DNA from: Candidatus Sumerlaeaceae bacterium
Lineage (GTDB): Bacteria > Sumerlaeota > Sumerlaeia > Sumerlaeales > Sumerlaeaceae
Assembly: GCA_049968255.1 (NCBI GenBank)
Contig: JBMFRB010000005.1
Span: 165,822-229,821 of the forward strand
Direction of reading: 5' to 3'
Length of the DNA: 64,000 nucleotides
In this document: positions 56,527 through 64,000 of the stretch, in pieces
How the letters are laid out: each line of letters begins with the position of its first letter
Numbering within the stretch: the stretch's first letter is position 1
Notes under the pieces: model-generated
Told to the model about the DNA's origin: nothing
Database searches by the model: none
Seen by the model: only the letters and a program-made list of their open reading frames with translations
Made by a program: the position numbers and the translations under genes

Positions 56527-58017
56527 ATGATGAAAACATTGCCCAAATGTTGTTCTAATTTTGCATCGCGCTTACACCGACTTTTGCGAATGTCCTTGCT
56601 AGCCGTCCTTGCACTCGTGGCGTTGCGGGCAAGCGCCGCCGAGTATCGGATGCTGTGGGTGGACGTCTTTCATCCTGGCCTGCGCACGCCGCAAGAGATT
56701 GACACGATGCTCGCGATGGCGCGCCAGGCGAATTTCAATGCGGTCCTTGTGCAGATGCGCAAAGCGTGCGACGCATTTTACGACTCGCAAATTGAGCCCA
56801 AGAACGAAGCCCTTCGCGCAGATTTTGACCCGCTGGCCTATCTTTTGAATCAAGCCCACGACACCTCGGGCGGCAAAAAACCGATCGAGGTGCACGCTTG
56901 GATTGTGGCCTATCGCTGCCGCATCCCTGGCGACAACACGTGGAAAAATCCGCACCACGTGTTTCAGCGCCATCCCGAATGGCTAAGCCAGACCTACGAT
57001 GGTGCAAAGGAAGACCGCGGAGAAAATCCGGGACGCTATTATCTCGACCCTGGGGTGCCCGCGGTAATCGACTATAATATCGCTGTTATTCGCGACCTCG
57101 TCTCGCGCTATCCTGTGGACGGCATCCATTTTGATTATATCCGCTACCCAGAAAGCGAAGGAAGCGGAAACGTTTGGGGGTATAACCCTCTGGCCGTGGC
57201 GCGGTTTAATCGGCTCTATGGCCGATCGGGAAAGCCGGCACCGAATGATCCTGCGTGGGGCGACTTCCGCCGACGCCAGGTTTTTCACATGGTGCGGCGC
57301 GCCTACGTGGAGGCACACGCCATCCGGCCGGCCATCAAAGTCTCGGCAGCCACCATTGCCTGGGGAAGCATCGGCAGCGATTTTTCACGTACCGATGCCT
57401 ATGCGCGGATTTTCCAGGATTGGCCAGCCATGCTTGAAACAGGCATGCTCGATATCGCCATTCCGATGAATTATAAACGTGAGAGTGTAGCGGCTCAGGC
57501 AGCCGCTCACCGTGCGTGGGCCACCTTTCTCGCCCGGACAGCAAGCGCCGCAGGCCGCTTTGGCGTAAATGGCGTAGATGGGGAAACTCTCAACACGCTC
57601 AACGATGTGCTGGCACAAATGAAGGCGACACGCTCGATGAGAGGTCTGGCGGGGCTGGCCAACTACTGTTATGCTGAAACGCGCAAGGGCTCGCCGCCCC
57701 CGCCGGATGTTGAGTTTTTTTCTGCCATCCGTTCACAACTCTATAGCAAATGGACACTTCCCCCTCAAGCGACTTGGCTTGTCAATCCGCGCAGCGGCAT
57801 CGTGTCCGGGACTGTGACCAAAGCTGGCCGTCCGGCTGACGGCGTGGTCGTTCGCCTCTCGACGGGGGAGGAAACTTACACCGACGGTTCTGGATTTTTT
57901 GCTTTCTGTGGGGTGCGGCCGGGCACAGTCGAGGTGAAAGCTGACGGAGCAGAAAAAGCGCAAAGTGTAAGTGTGAGAGCGGGCGCAGTGGCACAGCTAC
58001 CACTGAGTTTGCACTAA
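56527..58017 (+). CDS. Exported GHL10 (DUF187/YddW-like) glycoside hydrolase with carboxypeptidase-regulatory-like domain
   Basis: R.LWV, FDPL, EVHAW, HPEW, LDPG.P.V, YPVDGIHFDYIRYP and QDWP. Start approximate (GGAG RBS). Confidence 0.88.
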   Translation: MMKTLPKCCSNFASRLHRLLRMSLLAVLALVALRASAAEYRMLWVDVFHPGLRTPQEIDTMLAMARQANFNAVLVQMRKACDAFYDSQIEPKNEALRADFDPLAYLLNQAHDTSGGKKPIEVHAWIVAYRCRIPGDNTWKNPHHVFQRHPEWLSQTYDGAKEDRGENPGRYYLDPGVPAVIDYNIAVIRDLVSRYPVDGIHFDYIRYPESEGSGNVWGYNPLAVARFNRLYGRSGKPAPNDPAWGDFRRRQVFHMVRRAYVEAHAIRPAIKVSAATIAWGSIGSDFSRTDAYARIFQDWPAMLETGMLDIAIPMNYKRESVAAQAAAHRAWATFLARTASAAGRFGVNGVDGETLNTLNDVLAQMKATRSMRGLAGLANYCYAETRKGSPPPPDVEFFSAIRSQLYSKWTLPPQATWLVNPRSGIVSGTVTKAGRPADGVVVRLSTGEETYTDGSGFFAFCGVRPGTVEVKADGAEKAQSVSVRAGAVAQLPLSLH

Positions 58018-58109
58018 GAAGCAGAAGAACGCAAAGATAGCTGTCGTTTACCAGGGAGGACTCCACTTTCGCTTGCCGGACCAAACATCGGCGTTGAAGG
58101 AATGAGGGC

Positions 58110-59678
58110 GTGACGTCGTCAGCCTCACTATCACTTTCGGATGCTGCTTTCGTAGAGAAGCTAAAATCGGCGCTATGGGATTTGAGTGCCGAGGTTCGCG
58201 AGACCTTGCCCGTGTTAGCAGCCCGCGGAGCAGCTTGGCCAGAAATCGGCATTGATCTGATTCGGGAAGAACTTGTGGCGGTGGTGTGTGATCAATGGCC
58301 AGCCCTGATTCCGACAAGGCGGCGTCGAGCGGCGCAGATCGTCGCTCAGTGGATGCGGGAGCATCACGTGGCTAAGCTACGCGCTCAGGAGGAGGAAAAC
58401 ACATACGCGGATTTGGCGGCTAAACCAAGTGGCAGCCCAACAACCTCGCTGCGTCGCGATTGTCTGGCTGATTCGAAAGGTTCGTCCCCTAGGCAAAAAC
58501 GACTTGCTCAGCTGCGTGAATTCTGCCTGTCGGCTGACGAGGTCTCAAGATTTCGGGATTCATTGGCAACGGCAAAAACTATGGACGACGCGCTGGCTAC
58601 TGTGCACAAAACGTTTGTCTGGCTTACGCCACACCGCGCTGCGCTCTTTTTGCGCGCGGTGGGATACCCCCTGGCCCACGCATGGAGTAAATCAGTTACA
58701 TTTCTAACAAGATTAGGACGGTGGGGGGATCTTGCGCGTTGCGAGAACGTAACCCTGGCATACCGAGATTCGGTCTGCCAACTTGCTCATTGTCACGAGT
58801 ATCCGGTAGGGGCTGTAGACTTTCTCATCGCAGCCTACAGCGGAGCTTGGCGCGTCGAGGACATGAGGCCCATATGCTCGTCAACAAAGCCGCGATGCTG
58901 CGCGTGCGTCTTTCGGGGAGAGTGCCACTTTGCATCTACGGATGCTGGAAAAAAGGTGGCGCAGCGCCGACCGGTCCGCGACTGGGTGACAAGCGAGCGA
59001 CCCCGGGAGCGGCTTCTCCACGGCAAGGAGCTGAGCGATGGCGAGCTGCTAGCAATTGTGTTGCGGACGGGAAGTGGTGAGCTCTCCGCTGTTGAACTTG
59101 CAAAACGGATCCTCGAAGTAACGAACGGAAGTCTTTACCAACTCCTGCGCCTGTCGCCATACCAACTCATTGAGCGATTGCGCGCCATTGGCGTGAAAGG
59201 CGTGGGCACGGCCAAAGCAGCCGAGATAAAGGCCGCTCTGGAACTTGGAGCGCGGGCGCTGAGCAGCGAAAGGGACGAGCGCACAAAACTTGGCGAACCG
59301 CTCACACGCAGCCGAAATGTCTTCGAGCGCTATCGCGCACTTTACGCCGGGCGTGCTCAGGAAGAATTTCGCATGCTCATCCTCGACACCAAGCATCGTG
59401 TGGTACGTGATGCCGTGGTGTCGCGTGGGACGCTCGACGCGAGCATCGTCCATCCTCGTGACGTCTTTCGCCTAGCCATTGAACACACGGCCGGTGCTGT
59501 GATCTTCATTCACAATCACCCCAGCGGCGATCCGACGCCGAGCCGAGAGGACAGAACTCTCACTCAACGGTTAGTGGAAGCGGGACAACTGTTGGGGATT
59601 CGCGTGCTTGACCATGTGATTATTGGTGCGCAATCGTATTACAGTTTTGCCGACCAGGGAGAAATTGGCACAAAATGA
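58110..59678 (+). CDS. radC: RadC/JAB (UPF0758) protein with long N-terminal EndoIII-like [4Fe-4S] extension
   Basis: ERPRERLL, LSD.ELLAI.LRTG, GVG.AKA, EEF, HPRDVF, HNHPSGDPTPS.ED and LDHVIIG; about 285 extra N-terminal aa ending in C-X6-C-X2-C-X5-C. Confidence 0.9.
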   Translation: MTSSASLSLSDAAFVEKLKSALWDLSAEVRETLPVLAARGAAWPEIGIDLIREELVAVVCDQWPALIPTRRRRAAQIVAQWMREHHVAKLRAQEEENTYADLAAKPSGSPTTSLRRDCLADSKGSSPRQKRLAQLREFCLSADEVSRFRDSLATAKTMDDALATVHKTFVWLTPHRAALFLRAVGYPLAHAWSKSVTFLTRLGRWGDLARCENVTLAYRDSVCQLAHCHEYPVGAVDFLIAAYSGAWRVEDMRPICSSTKPRCCACVFRGECHFASTDAGKKVAQRRPVRDWVTSERPRERLLHGKELSDGELLAIVLRTGSGELSAVELAKRILEVTNGSLYQLLRLSPYQLIERLRAIGVKGVGTAKAAEIKAALELGARALSSERDERTKLGEPLTRSRNVFERYRALYAGRAQEEFRMLILDTKHRVVRDAVVSRGTLDASIVHPRDVFRLAIEHTAGAVIFIHNHPSGDPTPSREDRTLTQRLVEAGQLLGIRVLDHVIIGAQSYYSFADQGEIGTK

Positions 59679-60640
59679 CGGCAAGCCCGGTTCTGAAGCT
59701 GAATAATCTGACAAAGCGTTTCGGGCAGATTTTAGCCGTCAACAGGCTGTCGTTTGAAGTTTACGAGGGCGACATTTTTGGCTTTCTTGGGCCCAACGGT
59801 GCAGGGAAATCCACGACGCTTTACATGATTGCTGGGCTCGTGCATCCAACAAGCGGCACGATTGAGGTGCTAGGCCAGCCGCACACGAATTATCGGCATG
59901 TGCGGTCCCGGGTGGGGATGCTCATCGAGGTGCCTGCGTTTTATGAGCATCTGAGCGCCCGGAAGAATCTCGAAGTTTTGGGGCGGCTCCACGTCGGTCT
60001 TCCTCCAACTCGGTTTGACGAGGTCCTTGAGCGCGTCGGATTGCTTGATCGTGCCGATGATTTGGTGCGCGAATTCTCCCACGGCATGAAACAGCGCTTA
60101 GGCCTTGCCCAGACTTTGCTGCACAGACCGCGGCTCCTGCTGTTGGACGAGCCCACAAGCGGGCTCGACCCTGAAGGGAGCGTTTCGATCTGGAAGCTTC
60201 TGCGCAGCTTGGTCGCTGAGGAAAAAATCACCGTGTTTGTCTCGAGCCATCTTTTGCACGAGGTGGAAGAGAACTGCAACCGGATCGCTGTCATCAACCA
60301 GGGTGTGCTTGTGGCCTGCGACGAAGTGCGCAAGCTGCTCTTCTTTTCCAAGGAAGATTTTTTGCTCATGTTTGAAGACCCCAGCGTGCGGGCTCAGGCA
60401 GAAATTTATCTGCGTTCGCGCGAGGGCATCGAGATTTTCGCAGCACCACCGCAGGACACACAGGCGGCGTCGCTGCTGGGTGAAGATACTGTGTGGATTC
60501 GGACGAAGCACGGTCTGATGCCGACACTCTTAGCGGAGCTCGTGGAACGAAAGCTCACTCCGCGTGCGGTGATTCCGCAACGCAAAACCTTGCGCCAATT
60601 TTTCTTCGAGCTGACTCGACGCCAGCCATCAGCGCGTTAG
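59675..60640 (+). CDS. ABC-2/multidrug-type ABC transporter ATP-binding protein
   Basis: GPNGAGKST, FSHGMKQR, LDEPTSGLDP and SSHLL; ATGA overlap with radC. Confidence 0.92.
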   Translation: MTASPVLKLNNLTKRFGQILAVNRLSFEVYEGDIFGFLGPNGAGKSTTLYMIAGLVHPTSGTIEVLGQPHTNYRHVRSRVGMLIEVPAFYEHLSARKNLEVLGRLHVGLPPTRFDEVLERVGLLDRADDLVREFSHGMKQRLGLAQTLLHRPRLLLLDEPTSGLDPEGSVSIWKLLRSLVAEEKITVFVSSHLLHEVEENCNRIAVINQGVLVACDEVRKLLFFSKEDFLLMFEDPSVRAQAEIYLRSREGIEIFAAPPQDTQAASLLGEDTVWIRTKHGLMPTLLAELVERKLTPRAVIPQRKTLRQFFFELTRRQPSAR

Positions 60641-60730
60641 AAGGAGTGGTCGTGCCGAAGACATTCCAAGCTTTTCCCTTGCACGATATTCGCACTTTGC
60701 AAGAGTTGCCCAACATAGAGCGAGTGATTC

Positions 60731-61837
60731 ATGTTTTTTGATCGCGAATACAGTAGGGAGCAACTTCTTGCCCACTGCGGTTCGGCTCGGCAATTGGCCC
60801 GCATTATTTCCTGCGAGCTCAACGACGGAAAAGAACGTGGTGTGCGAGCCCTCATTTTTCAAACGGGGGGCGGACTGAACTTTACTGTCGTGCCCGACCG
60901 CGGCATGGACATCGCTTATGCCGACTTCTTGGGCAAAAGCTTGGCGTGGGTTTCGCCATCGTCGATTGTTGCTCCGCAATACTATGAGCCGGAAGGCTGG
61001 AACTGGGTCCGCGGTTTTTATGGGGGGCTCCTTGTGACTTGTGGTCTCATGAATGTGGGCAGGCCCGACGTCATTGATGGAGACGCGCACGGCGCGCATG
61101 GGCGCATTTCCTATACGCCCGCAACAAACGTGTCGTACGACATGGTTTGGGCAGGAGACGATCTCTACCTCCTTGCGCGCGGCGAAATGCGTGATTATCG
61201 GATGGACCGCTATAACCTTGTCCTCAAGCGCCGGATTCAAGTTCGAGCCGGAGACACGAGCTTGCGCATTCACGACACGCTCGTGAACGAAGGGCCAAGA
61301 AGCGTTTCTTATCAGATTATTTATCACGTCAATGCTGGATTCCCTATCCTGACGCGCCACTCGTATTTCACGACGACTTCGCGCATGATCACTCCGCTGA
61401 ATAAGGTCGCTGATGAGGTAAAAGAACACTGGCGCCTGTGCAACGATCCCACGCCCGATTTTCAGGAACTTATTTACTATCACGATGCGTTGGCCTGCAG
61501 CGATGGGAAGGTGTGGGCTGGGCTTATTAATCCCAATCTCGATGGCGGCTTTGGGTTGTACGTCAAGTACGACCCCACGCATCTTCCGATCCTCATGCAG
61601 TGGAAGATGTTTGGCCAAGGCACGTACGTCATGGGCATCGAACCGACCAATTCATTCGGTCTTTCGCTTGAACGGCAAAAGGCCCTAGGGATGGTCCATT
61701 ATATCGAACCGGAACAGGAGATTGATTTTCATCTGGAGCTCGGCGTCCTCGCTAACAGCGAGGACATTGCTTCGTTTGAACGTGAGATTTCTGTAGTTAT
61801 GCCGACACCGCCCGATTTCGGGTCCACTCTCGAGTAA
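60731..61837 (+). CDS. DUF4432 / aldose 1-epimerase-like protein
   Basis: PDRGMDI, GGLLVTCGL, HGRIS, YHVN.G.P and YVMGIEP. Confidence 0.88.
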   Translation: MFFDREYSREQLLAHCGSARQLARIISCELNDGKERGVRALIFQTGGGLNFTVVPDRGMDIAYADFLGKSLAWVSPSSIVAPQYYEPEGWNWVRGFYGGLLVTCGLMNVGRPDVIDGDAHGAHGRISYTPATNVSYDMVWAGDDLYLLARGEMRDYRMDRYNLVLKRRIQVRAGDTSLRIHDTLVNEGPRSVSYQIIYHVNAGFPILTRHSYFTTTSRMITPLNKVADEVKEHWRLCNDPTPDFQELIYYHDALACSDGKVWAGLINPNLDGGFGLYVKYDPTHLPILMQWKMFGQGTYVMGIEPTNSFGLSLERQKALGMVHYIEPEQEIDFHLELGVLANSEDIASFEREISVVMPTPPDFGSTLE

Positions 61838-61915
61838 AAAGCCTGGGCACGTTGGCGTTGCGTGGCGAATCTTGCCTTGAGTCCGACAAAATTTTCCCAT
61901 GAGTAGGTCGCTGGA

Positions 61916-62632
61916 ATGGAGATATGCAAAAACTCATTCATTGTGCTCGCAACTTACAATGAAGCGGCGAATTTGAAATCGCTCATTCCGCGACTCCGCG
62001 AGATTTTGCCCCAAGGCACGATCATCGTGGTCGATGACAACTCCCCAGATGGCACACCTGAACTTCTGCGCGAGTTTGCGCAACACGATAGCCATGTGCT
62101 ACCTGTCGTCAGGCCTGGCAAACTCGGCTATGGAAGTGCAGTGCTCACGGGATTCAAAAAAGCGCTCGAATTGGGCGCTGATTGTGTTGTGACTTTGGAT
62201 GCTGATTTCTCTCATGATCCGGCCGCGATTTCTGATCTCCTCCAGGCACTCGCTCATGCTGACATCGCGCTAGGCTCGCGCTACTATCAAGGTGTGCGCG
62301 TGTTGAACTGGCACGTTTCGCGTTTGCTTTTGAGTTTATTTGCGAACCGGTACGTGCGCACAATTTTGGGCATGCCTGTGGCCGACGCCACGAGCGGCTA
62401 CCGCGCCTATCGCCGCGCAGCCATCGAGGCAATTCTGGCAAGCCGGATTGAGTCGCAGGGCTACAGTTTTTTGGTCGAAATTCTCTATCGCGCCTTTTGC
62501 AAGGGAATGCGCATCGTGGAAGTTCCAATTGTTTACTCTGAGCGACGCGAGGGGCAGTCGAAAATGAGCAAAGGAGTCATCCTCGAAGCCATGATTCGGC
62601 CCTGGCTCCTTCGGTTCGGCCGCAACAGCTAG
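61916..62632 (+). CDS. GT2 polyprenol-phosphate mannose synthase (Dpm1/Ppm1-like)
   Basis: TYNEA.N, VVDDNSPDGT, DADFSH.P, GSRY, D.TSGYR and R..GQSKM. Confidence 0.92.
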   Translation: MEICKNSFIVLATYNEAANLKSLIPRLREILPQGTIIVVDDNSPDGTPELLREFAQHDSHVLPVVRPGKLGYGSAVLTGFKKALELGADCVVTLDADFSHDPAAISDLLQALAHADIALGSRYYQGVRVLNWHVSRLLLSLFANRYVRTILGMPVADATSGYRAYRRAAIEAILASRIESQGYSFLVEILYRAFCKGMRIVEVPIVYSERREGQSKMSKGVILEAMIRPWLLRFGRNS

Positions 62633-62657
62633 GTGGTCGGTGCGTGAGCTCGCGTTC

Positions 62658-63827
62658 CTAGTCTTGCACTTCGAGCAAGTGCTTGAGGACAGGATAGTAG
62701 CACTCAGCCATGCGCAAAAATCCGAGATCGGTGGGGTGCACTCCATCCACAGTCCCGTTTTCGGAACCGGCAAGCTGCTGACGAGCTGGCAGCAGAGAGA
62801 GCCCACGCAGACCTTTTTTTCGCGCATCAGCGAAGACCTTGGCCAAGGCTCGGTTTTGTTCGTCGCGCTCGGATTTGAGGGGATTCATCACTAGCAGAAT
62901 CGGCGTGCGAGGATGTCGGGCACGGATAATCTCCAGCCACTGCGGCAGACGGGTGAGCACAAGGTCTGTTGTCATGTTCGGAAGTGGCTCAAGCACGAAA
63001 ACCGCGGCATCGAGCGAGGCAACGAGGTGGGCCATTTCGAGCTCGCCTTTGCCCGCGCCGGAAAAACCGAGATTGATCACAGGACGATCGAGCCACCGAC
63101 CCAGGATGGCTACGTGGCCCATGCCGGCGCGTGAGGCACATCCACCTTGCGTGATACTTGTGCCGTAAAAGACGATTGGCTTGGCTTGTTGCGGTTTTCG
63201 GGCTGCCACCGGTGCTAGACGGGCGCCGGGAGGTAGGCCGATCTTGAGCTCCGTCACGGGATGATAAAGCGGTAGGTAAAGCAAGTATTCGCGCTGGGCT
63301 GCCGGGGGAATTTGGCGACCGGGCCACTCGCCGACGAGCACCTGCGTCGTTGCCTCTTCGCGGGGCCGGCCTGTGGCTGCGTACTTCCACACTTTACCGG
63401 CGCGATAGTAGAGATCAAGACCGGCGCTTCCCGTCAGAGCCATATGATTCATCCGAAGCTTGACGGCGCCGTCCCACGCCGCAGCGATTGTTGTCGCATC
63501 GGTCACGAATCGCACGCAAAGGCCAGCCGTGTGTTTGCTCAAACTCCAGACTGTCGACGGCACTTTATCCTTGGCGGAAGCTGGCAGGCGTTCCCAGAAA
63601 TGCTCGGTATCCGGAAACCCTCTCCCTTCGACGGTAAGGAGGCGAGCGTCGTACCAAACGAGGGCACTTGTGGAAAAAGCCTCAGCTTGTGTGGGAGAAA
63701 TCGGCGTCACATGAGTGGTGCCCCAGGCCGGGAGGGCTTGCCACAGAATCATCGTGATGGTCACGAGCCATGATCGCAGATTGTTCATGAGAGAGACCGC
63801 TTGTGTGCTATGATTTTCCGACACCAC
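62658..63827 (-). CDS. Exported SGNH/GDSL hydrolase with GxDLY N-terminal domain
   Basis: GLDLY, YGTSITQG, NLGFSG and DGVHPTD. Start may be 63788. Confidence 0.9.
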   Translation of the reverse strand: MVSENHSTQAVSLMNNLRSWLVTITMILWQALPAWGTTHVTPISPTQAEAFSTSALVWYDARLLTVEGRGFPDTEHFWERLPASAKDKVPSTVWSLSKHTAGLCVRFVTDATTIAAAWDGAVKLRMNHMALTGSAGLDLYYRAGKVWKYAATGRPREEATTQVLVGEWPGRQIPPAAQREYLLYLPLYHPVTELKIGLPPGARLAPVAARKPQQAKPIVFYGTSITQGGCASRAGMGHVAILGRWLDRPVINLGFSGAGKGELEMAHLVASLDAAVFVLEPLPNMTTDLVLTRLPQWLEIIRARHPRTPILLVMNPLKSERDEQNRALAKVFADARKKGLRGLSLLPARQQLAGSENGTVDGVHPTDLGFLRMAECYYPVLKHLLEVQD

Positions 63828-63929
63828 ATGGCGCCCTGTGTCAACATTTCAATAAGATTTGCTCACATGTCGCAAGAGGAGTGAAGCTGCTTTAGTCGAC
63901 GGGTGCAAGCAGAGCCAATAGGGATGGGC

Positions 63930-64000
63930 CTAGACCGTGCGTTTGCGGCAGACAATGAGGTCCTGAAATCCGTCCAGGCCGCACTCGATATAGCCAAGTA
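63930..64000 (-). CDS. Possible 3' end of a gene entering from the right edge
   Basis: Open minus frame ...LGYIECGLDGFQDLIVCRKRTV-stop; too short to identify. Confidence 0.3.
   Translation of the reverse strand, partial: LGYIECGLDGFQDLIVCRKRTV

Noticed and set aside
58110-59678. radC as a marker of a mobile element
   Set aside because: This copy has the HhH-containing N-terminal part of chromosomal RadC and no mobile genes nearby.
60629-61618. 329-aa antisense ORF, and other long shadow ORFs such as 7244-8032, 17346-18251 and 27033-27845
   Set aside because: They lie opposite well-supported genes, have no recognisable motifs, and are expected in GC-rich DNA.

Overview
A gene-dense bacterial core-chromosome segment (roughly 55-60% GC by eye) with about 50 CDS and one tRNA-Leu(CAG). 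I saw no transposase, integrase, prophage or CRISPR array. Recognisable genes: rpsA (5'-truncated), a pabB-pabC fusion, sucD, cinA, uvrC, htpX, uppP, a msrB-msrA fusion, pstSCAB with a four-half-site Pho box, a glycerate kinase, rbfA, sodA, panD and radC, plus many exported carbohydrate- or envelope-acting proteins. Many subunits lie apart from their usual operon partners. The most unusual items are protein architectures: (1) RadC fused to a degenerate Endonuclease III-like domain carrying a complete [4Fe-4S] cysteine motif; (2) a chromosomal T4-UvsW-like helicase with an extra N-terminal HARP-like domain; (3) two different exported beta-propellers ending in a similar single-cysteine thioredoxin-like module, plus a Cys-less thioredoxin lipoprotein; (4) an Amidase_3 protein lacking all four catalytic residues, coupled to a GerMN gene; (5) an RpiB variant (DGAG) with an EutQ-like IITP tail suggesting a microcompartment link; (6) a possible short C-terminal sorting motif (VESWDKF); (7) an unlisted 48-aa membrane microprotein with its own terminator; (8) three 11-bp direct repeats overlapping a CTGT-N8-ACAG box upstream of uvrC. 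All family calls come from recognising motifs by eye; no searches were run. A Sumerlaeota (BRC1)-like source is an unverified impression.
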